Sequence record: DRR723986_833
Length of the DNA stretch: 64,000 nt
Strand: one strand, 5' to 3'
Shown here: positions 28,263-38,109 of the stretch, in pieces
Layout of the letters: each line of letters begins with the position of its first letter
Position numbering within the stretch: the stretch's first letter is position 1
Program-made: the position numbers and the translations under genes
Notes under the pieces: generated by a model
The model's database searches: none
The model's input: only the letters and a program-made list of their open reading frames with translations
Told to the model about the DNA's origin: nothing

Positions 28263-29279
28263 TTACAAGAGTTCGGGGATCAATCTGCTATCGACATGCT
28301 GAGTCCAGTCGCTGAATAGACTGCTGGTCGTGCTTTCCAGGTGCGCTCGGTAGGCCTGACACATTGCTTGTAAGCGCGCCTCGTCACAGGCAAGCGCATC
28401 GACTTGCAGCCAGTCGCGCCAGGGGTGGATCAGGCCCCAGTTTGGGTCGTCGATCAGGCTATTCGGCAAGCGGTAATGCAGGGTGGGGCGGGCCTTCACC
28501 CGCGGGTCGTCGATATGCTGGCGCAGCAATGTTTCGTTCATATGGGCAAACAGTGGCAGCATGTCCAGTGCGCGGTTGCGTGTTGGGTTGAAATGGATGT
28601 AATCCTCGATGAGTTCATCCGCGCTGGGTTGGTAGTCTGCTGCCAGCACCTTGCGCATATAATCGCGCTTAAATGGGTCGATATAGCTGGTCAAGCGCCG
28701 GCTTAAATCGACTCTGCTGCGCTGCTTGAGCCAGTCGTATAAACAGATAAAGGCGCGAAAATAGTTGAGTACCGTCGCGGGCTCGCAATCGGGCATTTCA
28801 GGGTTTAAGTGCAAGCCAAAGGCGTTTTTGGCCGACGCTTCTGTGCCCTTGGCGCCGGCGAGGCGCAAGCGAAGAAACAGATCTTCCAACTGCCAAAGCT
28901 CACTCAGCGCAATGGGCGGGGCGACGATCTCAAAGGGCACCAGCTGTTTGGCAACGAGCCCAACTATCGACTCGGTTAATTCCTCAAAGTCATTGCCGGC
29001 ACCGGCCTGTTCTCTGTCTCGCCCGAGCTTTTTAATATACGCGGAGTCGAGCTCGACCCCGAAGGTGCCAAAGGGCGTGTCAGTCACTTGGTATTCGTAG
29101 TCGGACTGACGTTCAATACGGCCGCCAAAGCAGTCGACGATGGTCTCGGCAATGGCATCCATTTCCATTCCGGTAAACTCAATTTCCACACCTAGCCTGC
29201 GCTCGCTGCCGCTTTCGGCAGTGCGGGCGGATGGCAATGGCCACAGACTGGCGCGGTAGTCATTGGGTTTTGATGTCAT
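28263..29279 (-). CDS. Putative amidoligase (COOH-NH2 ligase, Amidoligase_2-like)
   Basis: RRLGVEIEF, FEIVAPP, FGLHLNPE, NPTRNRALD, RPTLHYRLP. Confidence 0.82.
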   Translation of the reverse strand: MTSKPNDYRASLWPLPSARTAESGSERRLGVEIEFTGMEMDAIAETIVDCFGGRIERQSDYEYQVTDTPFGTFGVELDSAYIKKLGRDREQAGAGNDFEELTESIVGLVAKQLVPFEIVAPPIALSELWQLEDLFLRLRLAGAKGTEASAKNAFGLHLNPEMPDCEPATVLNYFRAFICLYDWLKQRSRVDLSRRLTSYIDPFKRDYMRKVLAADYQPSADELIEDYIHFNPTRNRALDMLPLFAHMNETLLRQHIDDPRVKARPTLHYRLPNSLIDDPNWGLIHPWRDWLQVDALACDEARLQAMCQAYRAHLESTTSSLFSDWTQHVDSRLIPELL

Positions 29280-30345
29280 TCGCGTCTCCGATAATGTTGG
29301 CGATAGGCTTCAGTGAATCTACGTGCTTGCAGACCACTTGGAACAGGGTGAGCAGGGGGACGGCCAGCAGGACACCAGGGGCACCCCACAGCCAGCCCCA
29401 AAAAAAGATCCACAGGAAAACAATAATCGGGTTCAGGCTGAAGCGCATACCGTGAATAAAGGGGTCGACAAACTGCCCCACCAGCGCGGTGAACAGGGCA
29501 TAGCCCAGCGGCGCGACAAGTACCAGAGCCGGTGTTTGAAAGCTGACGGCACTGACGATGGTCAGCAGCATGACCGTAATGCTCACCCCGAGATAGGGGA
29601 TGTAGCGCAGCAGCGCGGCAACGGCGCCCCACAGCGCGGGGTCGGGGAAATCCAATAACCACAGACACATGGTGGTGATTGCTCCAACACCAACGTTGAC
29701 CAGAGTGATGGTCAGCAGGTAGCGCGACATTTGCTCCTGGGCGTGGCGAGCCAGTTGGGTGGCTGCGGCCTTATCTTGCTTGTTGGGCAGGCTATTAATA
29801 AACCGCTGCATCAGGGCATCGCCTGAGCTGAGCAAGAAAAATAGCAGGATGATGCTGAGCGTACCGTAGACGCCGAAGTTGCGCGCGATCTCCCAAATCT
29901 CGCCACGCCAGCCGGTGTCGGCGATTACCACCTTGTTTATCTTGGGGTTCGCGGGGCCGGAGAATTCCTCGGCCAAACTGTCGATGCTCGCGGTGGCGGC
30001 ATCGACATTGCTGCGCTCACTGTTGACCTCGCGCAGGTGGTCGCGGATCACCTCTGCCGCTTCGGGGGCGCGCTGCAACCACTCGCTGGCTGGCGATGCC
30101 AAGGCATAGAAGCCAGCGCCAATACTGCCGATGCAGGCCGATAAAATCAGTAGCGCGGCTGCACTGCGGGGCAGCCGCCAGCACTGCAAGCGACTCACAG
30201 CAGGTGCTAACAGCAGGGCGAAGATAAGCGCCAGCGTAATTGGCAACATGACGTCGCGCGCAAGCCTAAGCGTATAAAGTACCGCTAAGACCGCCAGCAG
30301 GCGCAGGGCCCAGTCGCTGTGTTTCGAAGATTGTGTGTTATGCAT
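29260..30345 (-). CDS. AI-2E family transporter
   Basis: PITLALIFALLLAPAV, YLLTITLVN, LRYIPYLG, FWGWLWG.PG.LLAVP. Confidence 0.92.
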   Translation of the reverse strand: MHNTQSSKHSDWALRLLAVLAVLYTLRLARDVMLPITLALIFALLLAPAVSRLQCWRLPRSAAALLILSACIGSIGAGFYALASPASEWLQRAPEAAEVIRDHLREVNSERSNVDAATASIDSLAEEFSGPANPKINKVVIADTGWRGEIWEIARNFGVYGTLSIILLFFLLSSGDALMQRFINSLPNKQDKAAATQLARHAQEQMSRYLLTITLVNVGVGAITTMCLWLLDFPDPALWGAVAALLRYIPYLGVSITVMLLTIVSAVSFQTPALVLVAPLGYALFTALVGQFVDPFIHGMRFSLNPIIVFLWIFFWGWLWGAPGVLLAVPLLTLFQVVCKHVDSLKPIANIIGDANDIKTQ

Positions 30346-30790
30346 TTTCTGAGTCTGTATTTGCCCAGTGTTTGAGGGGGCGCAGAGCGCGAAGGGTTAA
30401 AAAGGTCATCAGGCTCACCACGATCGCGATTTCGTAGCGCTGCCAAGCCACCGCCGTGCCAATGGCGCCGGTTGCCCAGATCGCCGCGGCCGTCGCGGTG
30501 CCACTAACAGAACCACCTTGCTTAAGAATGGCGCCGCCACCGATAAAACCGATGCCACTCATCAAACCATACATTAAACGCGCGTGAGATTCCGAGCCAC
30601 TTAAGATGTCTCGGCCAATAAGCAGGTAGGCGCAGCAAGCAATGGCCACCAGTGGGAAGGTTCTTAAGCCGACGCCGCGCGACTCAACTTCGCGGTTCCA
30701 GCCGATTGGAATAGCGAGTAGGTAGGCGATAGCCAGCTGCGTTAAGTGGTGGCCGATCAGCGGCCAATTTATATCAGCGATTATGGGCAT
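30338..30790 (-). CDS. MgtC/SapB family protein
   Basis: IGWNRE, GLRTFPLV, GIGFIGGGAILK, GTATAAAIW.TGAIG. Confidence 0.92.
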   Translation of the reverse strand: MPIIADINWPLIGHHLTQLAIAYLLAIPIGWNREVESRGVGLRTFPLVAIACCAYLLIGRDILSGSESHARLMYGLMSGIGFIGGGAILKQGGSVSGTATAAAIWATGAIGTAVAWQRYEIAIVVSLMTFLTLRALRPLKHWANTDSENA

Positions 30791-30799
30791 GGCGCGGTG

Positions 30800-30988
30800 T
30801 TACTTTGCCGGCTCTCGCGGCCCGAATAGCCACCAGATGATTAGCCCGAGAAGGGGTAGCAGTAAAATAAGCACGATCCATAGCAGCTTATTTGCAGAGC
30901 TGTTGCGACTTTGAACGATGTTTAGAATGGCCCAGATGTCGGCGATAAAAATTAATAAGCCGAAAAAACCGGTGATCTGTAACTCCAT
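30800..30988 (-). CDS. PLDc N-terminal-domain small membrane protein
   Basis: ADIWAILNI...KLLWIVLILLLPLLGLIIWWLFGP. Confidence 0.85.
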   Translation of the reverse strand: MELQITGFFGLLIFIADIWAILNIVQSRNSSANKLLWIVLILLLPLLGLIIWWLFGPREPAK

Positions 30989-31035
30989 GTTGGCCCCCGT
31001 TATTTTTAGGCCCGGCGATGCCCGGCCACTGAATA

Positions 31036-31062
31036 ATAGAGTAGTTTGTCGACGCAGAGTTC
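31036..31062 (-). promoter_or_regulatory. Candidate sigmaE/AlgU promoter
   Basis: Minus strand GAACTC-N16-TCTAT just downstream of the dapD terminator. Confidence 0.45.
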
Positions 31063-31070
31063 ACCAATAC

Positions 31071-31097
31071 AAAAACGCCGCCCGAAGGGGCGGCGTT
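31071..31097 (-). terminator. Intrinsic terminator of dapD
   Basis: Minus strand AACGCCGCCC-CTTC-GGGCGGCGTTTTT. Confidence 0.85.
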
Positions 31098-31120
31098 CTC
31101 AAACTGCTGTTTACCCAGGT

Positions 31121-32158
31121 TTAGTTGTGGGCGTGCAGCATGTCATTGAGGGCGATCGCTGACTTGTTTGTCAGCACCTCGATGGCACCATTTTTGGAAT
31201 TGCGGCGGAACAACAGGTCCGATTGGCCAGCCAGGTCGCGGGCCTTGGCAGTACCTGCGTGCTCACCTTTTTCATCGATCATGGTGACGACTGATCCAGC
31301 GGTGATGTAGAGGCCGGCTTCTACCGTGCAGCGGTCGCCCAGTGGAATACCCACACCAGCATTGGCGCCAATCAGGCACTCTTTGCCGATGGAAATAATA
31401 ATATTGTTGCCACCGGACAAGGTGCCCATGGTCGAACAGCCACCGCCCAGGTCGGAACCGGAACCAATCATGACACCGGCTGAGATGCGCCCTTCAATCA
31501 TACCGGGGCCTTCCGTACCGGCATTAAAGTTTACAAAGCCTTCGTGCATGATGGTGGTGCCTTCGCCGAGATAGGCGCCCAGGCGCACGCGCGCGGTGTG
31601 GGCAATCCGAACACCGGAGGGCATAACGTAGTTCGTCATTTTGGGGAATTTGTCGACGGACATGACCTCAAGCAATTCACCGTTCAAGCGGGCTTCCAAT
31701 TGGCGCTGGGGCAACTCACGAAGGTCGATAGCGCCTTGGTTGGTCCAGGCAACATTGGGCAGAACGCCAAACAGGCCGCTCAAGTCCAGAGAGTGTGGCT
31801 TGGCCAGGCGATGAGAGAGCAGGTGCAGCTTCAAGTAACCCTCGGGTACCGAGCTGGGGGCAGCGTCCTCAGCCAGCAAGGTAACAACCAGCGCCTGCTT
31901 GGCGGTTGCCAGCTGTGCGGCAATATCGGCCTGGGCGCTGTCGCCGGCGGCCTTAAGTGCTTCAGCGACGCGGCTCATTTGCTCGCTGTTTACGGTAATT
32001 GCCGCATTGCCGCCTTTGTACTCAACAATGGGGGCGATCGCCGCGCACAGGGCTTCGGCGGGTTGTAGCAGTGGCTGGGGGTAGAAAATATCCAGCCATT
32101 CGCCTTTGCTGTTTTGGCTGCCTAGACCCAGGCCCAGGCTAAATAGTGCGTTACTCAT
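31121..32158 (-). CDS. dapD: Tetrahydrodipicolinate N-succinyltransferase (Pseudomonas type)
   Basis: YLKLHLLSHRL, SVDKFPKMTNYV.P.GVRIA..ARVRLGAY, GTLSGG, LLFRRNS. Confidence 0.96.
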   Translation of the reverse strand: MSNALFSLGLGLGSQNSKGEWLDIFYPQPLLQPAEALCAAIAPIVEYKGGNAAITVNSEQMSRVAEALKAAGDSAQADIAAQLATAKQALVVTLLAEDAAPSSVPEGYLKLHLLSHRLAKPHSLDLSGLFGVLPNVAWTNQGAIDLRELPQRQLEARLNGELLEVMSVDKFPKMTNYVMPSGVRIAHTARVRLGAYLGEGTTIMHEGFVNFNAGTEGPGMIEGRISAGVMIGSGSDLGGGCSTMGTLSGGNNIIISIGKECLIGANAGVGIPLGDRCTVEAGLYITAGSVVTMIDEKGEHAGTAKARDLAGQSDLLFRRNSKNGAIEVLTNKSAIALNDMLHAHN

Positions 32159-32178
32159 TAAGGTTCTCTCTTACAGGC

Positions 32179-32544
32179 TTAAAGCGTGTGGTGGGTAAAT
32201 AATTGCTCGTAGTGCTCGGCTTTAAAGCCAAGCTGACGCGCGCTGCCGGTGTCGAGCAGCGGGCGTTTCATTAATGTTGGATGCTGCAGTAGCAGCTGCA
32301 CTGCCGAGGCGTCGTCATCAATTGTGCGGCGCTGTTCATCACTTAGCTGTTTCCACGTGGTGCTGCGCTTATTGATCAGGCTGTCGCCCAGCTCTTGCAG
32401 CCAGTTGTGCAGTTGCTCGGCGGCAAGGGCCTGTTCGCGGACGTCGTGGAACTGATAGTCGACATTGTGATCATCCAGCCAGCGGCGCGCCTTGCGCACC
32501 GTGTCGCAGTTTTTTATTCCGTATAAAGTCGTTGTCATGGCCAA
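32179..32544 (-). CDS. ArsC/YffB family protein
   Basis: LYGIKNCDTVRKARRWL, LINKRSTTWKQL, PTLMKRP. Confidence 0.92.
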   Translation of the reverse strand: MAMTTTLYGIKNCDTVRKARRWLDDHNVDYQFHDVREQALAAEQLHNWLQELGDSLINKRSTTWKQLSDEQRRTIDDDASAVQLLLQHPTLMKRPLLDTGSARQLGFKAEHYEQLFTHHTL

Positions 32545-32634
32545 TGCTGTGTTCTGAAAAGGCTCGGCATCATAGCAAAAAGCCGCGCTGGGTTCACGGC
32601 GCGGCCGCGCTCGGCCGCCGCGCCATCGATGTAT

Positions 32635-33315
32635 TTAGGCCTTGCGGGTTTTCTTGGGGTGCTTTCGCTGGGGATAGCAGGTGGTGCATATCTCACAAAC
32701 GGTGCCGTCGCAGCCACGCGCGCTGCAAAATTCGCGGCCGTAGTAGATGATTTGCAGGTGCAGGGCATTCCAGCGGTCTTTGGGGAACACTCTTTTCAGG
32801 TCTTTCTCAGTTTGGGCAACGCTTTTGCCGTTAGTCAGCCCCCAGCGCTGCGCCAGGCGATGAATATGGGTATCGACCGGAAAAGCGGGCACGCCGAAGG
32901 CCTGCGACATGACGACGCTTGCCGTTTTGTGGCCGACTCCGGGCAGGGTCTCCAGTGCTTCCATGTCTTCCGGCACCTGGCCATTGTAGTCGGCAAGCAA
33001 AATTTCCGAGAGCCGCTTGATGGCTTTCGACTTCTGCGGAGACAGGCCACAGGGGCGGATGATCTCGCGAATGTCGTCGACACTTTGCTGGGCCATGTCC
33101 GCCGGATTATCGGCGAGCGCAAACAGTGCCGGGGTCACCTGGTTGACGCGCTCATCGGTACATTGGGCCGATAGCAGTACCGCCACCAGCAGGGTGTAAG
33201 GGTCTTTGTGGTCCAGCGGGATTGGCTGGGTGGGGTAGAGCTCGTCGAGACGGCGCAAAATAAAGTCGACGCGCTCAGCCTTCAGTAAGTTACGCCCTGG
33301 TTCGCCTGCGTTCAT
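32635..33315 (-). CDS. nth: Endonuclease III (HhH-GPD glycosylase)
   Basis: LLVAVLLSAQCTDERVN, LPGVGHKTA, FPVDTHIHRL, C-terminal Cys cluster. Confidence 0.93.
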   Translation of the reverse strand: MNAGEPGRNLLKAERVDFILRRLDELYPTQPIPLDHKDPYTLLVAVLLSAQCTDERVNQVTPALFALADNPADMAQQSVDDIREIIRPCGLSPQKSKAIKRLSEILLADYNGQVPEDMEALETLPGVGHKTASVVMSQAFGVPAFPVDTHIHRLAQRWGLTNGKSVAQTEKDLKRVFPKDRWNALHLQIIYYGREFCSARGCDGTVCEICTTCYPQRKHPKKTRKA

Positions 33316-34502
33316 GTGTTGAGCGTCTCCACATAGCGGCGAATACGCTGGGCGGCCTCGACACAGTTTTCAAGTTCGGCGACCAGCGCCATGCGCACAT
33401 AGCCACTGCCGGGGTTGTTGCCATTCACTTCTCGTGAAAGGTAAGAGCCGGGCAATACAGTGACATGCTGTTGATCAAACAGCTGTTTGGCAAATTCCGT
33501 GTCGGCGATGGGCGTTTTTGCCCACAGGTAGAACGAGGCTTCGGGCTGTTGTACGTCTAAGCAGCCGCCCAGTTCCTCTAAAACCCGAGCGAATTTCTCG
33601 CGATAGAGATCGCGATTTTCTTTTACATGGGCCTCGTCGTTCCAGGCAGCGATGCTGGCAAGTTGGTGTTGAATGGGCATGGCGCAGCCGTGGTAGGTGC
33701 GATACAGCAGGAAGTCGGCCAGCACTTTGGCATCCCCCGCGACAAAGCCTGAGCGCAGGCCGGGCAGGTTGGAGCGTTTCGACAAGCTGTGGAACACGAC
33801 GCAGCGCTCGTAGTTATCGCGCCCCATTTCCGCACAGGCCTGCAACAGGCCTGCGGGCGCGTGCTGCTCGTCAAAATACAGCTCGGAGTAGCATTCATCG
33901 CTGGCCAGGATGAAGTCGTACTTATCTGCCAGACGAATCAGCTTTTGTAGCGTGGCGACGCTGGTGACGGCGCCGCTAGGGTTGCCCGGGGTGCATAGGT
34001 ATAACAACTGGCAGCGCTGCCAAACTTCCTCGGGCACGGCGTCGTAGTCAGGAATAAAACCATTGCCGGCGTTACAAGCGAGAAAGTGGGGTTGTGCTCC
34101 GGCTAATAGCGCCGCGCCTTCATAGATTTGGTAAAAGGGGTTGGGGCTGCATACCAGGGCGTCATCACTGGGGTTGACGACGGCTTGGGCAAAGGCAAAC
34201 AGGGCCTCGCGGGTGCCATTGACCGGCAGTACCTGTGTTTCAGGATCTAAAGTCTTCAGGCCAAAGCGGCGCTCGGCCCAGTGCGCAATACTTTGGCGCA
34301 GCTCGGCTATTCCCTTGGTTGTGGGGTAGTTGCTGAGTCGGCCGAGCTCACTTGCCAGGGTGTCGGCAACAAAGCGCGGCGCAGGGTGACGGGGTTCGCC
34401 GATGGATAGCGGAATAGGCGGCAAGTCGCTGCTGCTGGTGCCTAACAAGGCACGCAGTTTTTCAAAGGGATAGGCCTGTAGCGTTTGTAGGCGCGGATTC
34501 AT
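33312..34502 (-). CDS. dapC: N-succinyldiaminopimelate aminotransferase
   Basis: YPFEKL, LSIGEP, NGTREALF, PNPFYQIYEGAA, SDECYSE, SLSKRSNLPGLRSG. Confidence 0.95.
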   Translation of the reverse strand: MNPRLQTLQAYPFEKLRALLGTSSSDLPPIPLSIGEPRHPAPRFVADTLASELGRLSNYPTTKGIAELRQSIAHWAERRFGLKTLDPETQVLPVNGTREALFAFAQAVVNPSDDALVCSPNPFYQIYEGAALLAGAQPHFLACNAGNGFIPDYDAVPEEVWQRCQLLYLCTPGNPSGAVTSVATLQKLIRLADKYDFILASDECYSELYFDEQHAPAGLLQACAEMGRDNYERCVVFHSLSKRSNLPGLRSGFVAGDAKVLADFLLYRTYHGCAMPIQHQLASIAAWNDEAHVKENRDLYREKFARVLEELGGCLDVQQPEASFYLWAKTPIADTEFAKQLFDQQHVTVLPGSYLSREVNGNNPGSGYVRMALVAELENCVEAAQRIRRYVETLNT

Positions 34503-37165
34503 TAGGCTGATTTACTCGCTTTTTCATCCAGCTCGGAACAAATCGCGTGTTGAATTTGTTCACACAGTTGGGGGTCATTGATCGGGCGGTTGTGTTCGTC
34601 GGTGACAAAGAACACATCTTCAACGCGTTCGCCGAGGGTGGCGATTTTGGCATTTTGCAGGTGCACGCCGTAGTCATTGAAGATCAGCGCCAGCCGCGCC
34701 AATAGGCCGGGGCGGTCTGGGGTAATGACTTCAAGCATGGTGTGACCTTTATTGAGGTCGGTGGCCATACTGGTGCGCGTGGGGGTGGAGAATAGGCGCA
34801 TTTGTCGGGGCATGCGGCGACTGCTGAGGTCAGGGGAGTCGTCGGGTTTCTCAAGTTGCTGAGTTAAAAACTCGGTGATCTCACGAATGCGTTCGGGGTT
34901 GTCGCCAATGGGTTCGCCATCCACACCGAGTACGTAAAAGGTATCCAGCGTGTAGTTGGTCCCGGTATTGTAGATCCGCGCATCTTGTATGCTGAGGTCA
35001 AGTTGTTCCATGGCGCCGGCGAGTACCGCGAATGTGCCTTTACGCGACGGTGTGTGCACAAAGATCTGCGTTGCGCCTTCGTGATCCAGCAGTCCGCCTT
35101 CCTTCACCAATACCAGTGAGTCCTCGGGCGAGGTGCGCTGAGCGATAGCACGGCAGTGCCAAACAATATCGTCGACTTGCTCGCGAATAAAATAGTCTTC
35201 ACCGGTGCTTTTCCACAGCTCGCGAATTTCTTCTTCGGTAAAGCCGTAGTCTTCGAGCTTTTCGATAGCACCAAGCTGGGTCTCTGCAATCCACTCCTGC
35301 TTATCGATGGGGTTTTCCAGGCCGCGTCTCAGGGCGCGGCGCGTTTCTGCATAGAGCTGGCGCATCAGCGAGGCGCGCCAGGAGGTCCACAACGTGGGGT
35401 TGGTCGCATTGATATCGGCAATGGTTAAACAGAACAGATAGTCCAGGTGCTGCTGGTCACCCATTTCCAGGGCGAAATCGCGGATCACATCGGGGTCCTG
35501 GATATCTTTGCGCTGTGACACTGACGACATCTCAAGGTGTTTTTCCACCAGCCAGGCAACGAGGTTGGTGTCGCGCCGGTTTAGCCCGAGGTATTGGCAA
35601 AATTCGCGCGCATCCACCGCGCCCAGGGTGGAGTGGTCACCGCCGCGCCCTTTGGCAATGTCGTGGAAGAGTCCGGCGAGGAACAGTAATTCTGGCTTGG
35701 GCAGACGCTGCATGATGCGGCAGGCCATTGGGTAGACCTTCACCATGTCCGGATAGCGGAAGCGGCTGAGGTTCTTGATGAGTTCCAGGGTGTGGGCGTC
35801 GACCGAGTAAATATGGAAAAGGTCGTGCTGCATTTGACCGGTGATTTTGCCAAATGCCGGGATAAATTTTCCGAGTACGCCAAAGCGCTTCATTCGACGG
35901 AGGTTGAGTGCGACGCGCTGTGGGGCGCGCAATAATTCCATGAAAAACCGCTTATTGCGCGGGTCGGCGCGAAACTCGTCGTCGATTAAGTGACGCGATT
36001 TGCGGATCAGCCGAATGGTGCTGGCACGCACGCCGTCGATAGCGTCGTGATGGGCCATTAGCACAAAAATTTCCATCAGCGCGGAGGGCGTTTTTTCAAA
36101 CACCTTTTCGTTGCTAACTTCGATATGGCCGTTGCGAATGCGAAAGCGCGGGTTGAGCTCAAGTACGGTCTCCGCCTCGCAGGCGCGTAGAATGGTTTCG
36201 TCGAAGTGCTGCATCAGTACGTCGTTGAGCTCACCCAGGTGCTGCGCCCAGCGGTAGTACTGTTGCATGAAGCGTTCTACGGCGAGTTTGCTGTCGTCGT
36301 CTTCGTAACCGAAACGAGCGGCTAGGGTTCGCTGGTGATCAAACAGCAGGCGGTCTTCTTCACGGCCAGTGATTAAATGAAGGGCGAAGCGCAGGCGCCA
36401 GAGGTAATTCTGGCCGTCTTTTAGCGTGTCGAGCTCTTCCTGGCTTAAAAAGAGTTTTTCGCGCAACTCGTCGATGGATTGGGCGCCAAAGTGGCGTTTG
36501 ATCACCCAGCCGATCATTTGAATGTCGCGCAGGCCACCGGGGGAGCTTTTTATATTGGGCTCGAGGTTGTATTCGGTATTGGCGTACTTGCGGTGGCGAC
36601 TGATTTGCTCGTCCCACTTTGCCCGGAAAAACTCGGCGCTGGGCCAAATTTGGTCAGGACCGACTTCGTTCATCAACAGCTCGTGCAGGGCGGCATTACC
36701 CTCAAGCGGGCGCGACTCCATCAGGTTGGTAACCACGGTGATGTCGTCAAGGGCGGCTTGGCGGCATTCGTCGATGCTGCGCACGCTGTGACCGATCTCC
36801 AGGTTGATATCCCAAAGACGGGTGATAAAACCTTCGATATTTTCGCGGTAGTTGTGTTGATCGTCGCGGCTGAGGATCAGCAGATCGATATCCGAGCAGG
36901 GGTGCAGCTCGCCGCGCCCATAGCCTCCAACGGCAATTAGGGAGATGTCGTCCCCCCACTGATACTGCGACCATAGGTTGCGCAGCAGAATATCGATTTT
37001 TTCTGAGCGCAGTTTTACCAGCGTATGTACAGCCTCGTCGGCGTCAAAGCGTTCCCGGAGCTCATCCTGGAGCTCGCTGAGGTACTGTTTATAGGTCGCG
37101 ATTAAATTATCGGACTGGGCCGTGGCATCCTGCAGGGCCTCTGCATTCAGAAGCGTGCTGCTCAT
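34502..37165 (-). CDS. glnD: [Protein-PII] uridylyltransferase
   Basis: AVGGYGRGELHP.SDIDLL, EPNIKSSPGGLRD, HD motif LFHDIAKGRGGDHS, ACT domains. Confidence 0.97.
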   Translation of the reverse strand: MSSTLLNAEALQDATAQSDNLIATYKQYLSELQDELRERFDADEAVHTLVKLRSEKIDILLRNLWSQYQWGDDISLIAVGGYGRGELHPCSDIDLLILSRDDQHNYRENIEGFITRLWDINLEIGHSVRSIDECRQAALDDITVVTNLMESRPLEGNAALHELLMNEVGPDQIWPSAEFFRAKWDEQISRHRKYANTEYNLEPNIKSSPGGLRDIQMIGWVIKRHFGAQSIDELREKLFLSQEELDTLKDGQNYLWRLRFALHLITGREEDRLLFDHQRTLAARFGYEDDDSKLAVERFMQQYYRWAQHLGELNDVLMQHFDETILRACEAETVLELNPRFRIRNGHIEVSNEKVFEKTPSALMEIFVLMAHHDAIDGVRASTIRLIRKSRHLIDDEFRADPRNKRFFMELLRAPQRVALNLRRMKRFGVLGKFIPAFGKITGQMQHDLFHIYSVDAHTLELIKNLSRFRYPDMVKVYPMACRIMQRLPKPELLFLAGLFHDIAKGRGGDHSTLGAVDAREFCQYLGLNRRDTNLVAWLVEKHLEMSSVSQRKDIQDPDVIRDFALEMGDQQHLDYLFCLTIADINATNPTLWTSWRASLMRQLYAETRRALRRGLENPIDKQEWIAETQLGAIEKLEDYGFTEEEIRELWKSTGEDYFIREQVDDIVWHCRAIAQRTSPEDSLVLVKEGGLLDHEGATQIFVHTPSRKGTFAVLAGAMEQLDLSIQDARIYNTGTNYTLDTFYVLGVDGEPIGDNPERIREITEFLTQQLEKPDDSPDLSSRRMPRQMRLFSTPTRTSMATDLNKGHTMLEVITPDRPGLLARLALIFNDYGVHLQNAKIATLGERVEDVFFVTDEHNRPINDPQLCEQIQHAICSELDEKASKSA

Positions 37166-37170
37166 AGTGA

Positions 37171-37962
37171 TTAACCTTTATAGAAGGGCTCGTCGGGGCG
37201 GGCGGTAAGAACTTCCACGCCATCGGCGGTAACCGCCATGGTGTGCTCCCACTGCGCCGAGAGCCGGCGATCTTTGGTGGTAACGGTCCAGCCGTCTTTC
37301 AGATTGAGCTTGGTGTGTTTTTTGCCGGCATTGATCATCGGCTCAATCGTGAAGGTCATGCCCTCTTTTAATACCAGGTCGTTGCCGCGATTGTAGCCCT
37401 CGCCATAGTGGAGAACCTGAGGGTCTTCGTGGAAGCCTCTGCCAATGCCGTGGCCGCAATACTCTTCCACCACGCTGTAGTGGTTGCTCCGTGCATGTTT
37501 GGCGATCACTGCGCCGATATCGCTCAGGCGCGCGCCCGGTTTAACCAAGGCAATGGCTTTATACAGGCACTCCTGAGTCACGACGCACAGGCGTTTTGCA
37601 TGCTCGGGCACATTGCCGACGTAGTACATGCGGTTGGTGTCGCCGTGCCAGCCATCTTTTATAACGGTGACGTCGATATTGAGCAGGTCTCCGTCCTTCA
37701 ACACCTTTTTATCCGAAGGGATGCCGTGGCAAATGACTTCGTTTACCGAGGTACAAATGGATTTCGGGAAACCGTTGTAATTGAGGGGCGCCGGAATGGC
37801 TTGTTGTACATCGACGATATAGTCGTGGCAGATCTTATCGAGTTCAGCGGTGGTGACGCCGGGGCGAACGTGCTCGGCGATCATGTCCAGCACTTCGGCG
37901 GCCAAGCGTCCTGCCACGCGCATGGCGGCGATTTCCTCAGGGGTTTTGATAGTTACATTCAT
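37171..37962 (-). CDS. map: Methionine aminopeptidase type I
   Basis: SVNEVICHGIP, NIDVTVIKDGWHGD, YCGHGIG..FHE, FTIEPMIN, AQWEHT. Start MNVTIKT. Confidence 0.97.
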   Translation of the reverse strand: MNVTIKTPEEIAAMRVAGRLAAEVLDMIAEHVRPGVTTAELDKICHDYIVDVQQAIPAPLNYNGFPKSICTSVNEVICHGIPSDKKVLKDGDLLNIDVTVIKDGWHGDTNRMYYVGNVPEHAKRLCVVTQECLYKAIALVKPGARLSDIGAVIAKHARSNHYSVVEEYCGHGIGRGFHEDPQVLHYGEGYNRGNDLVLKEGMTFTIEPMINAGKKHTKLNLKDGWTVTTKDRRLSAQWEHTMAVTADGVEVLTARPDEPFYKG

Positions 37963-38094
37963 AGTGGGGTGATCTGCCCGGATAGTCGTTAAACTGAAAA
38001 CAGCGCATTGTAGACTATCGCCGCAGCAGACGCGATTGCTCAGCCGTGTCATTGCCGTCAGTCGCGTGATTTCTGCTTTATGTCGCTGGGGCCT

Positions 38095-38105
38095 TGTGGT
38101 ATAAA
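38095..38105 (+). promoter_or_regulatory. rpsB extended -10 promoter TGTGGTATAAA
   Basis: Matches the conserved gammaproteobacterial rpsB promoter; GC-rich discriminator follows. Confidence 0.8.
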
Positions 38106-38109
38106 TACG

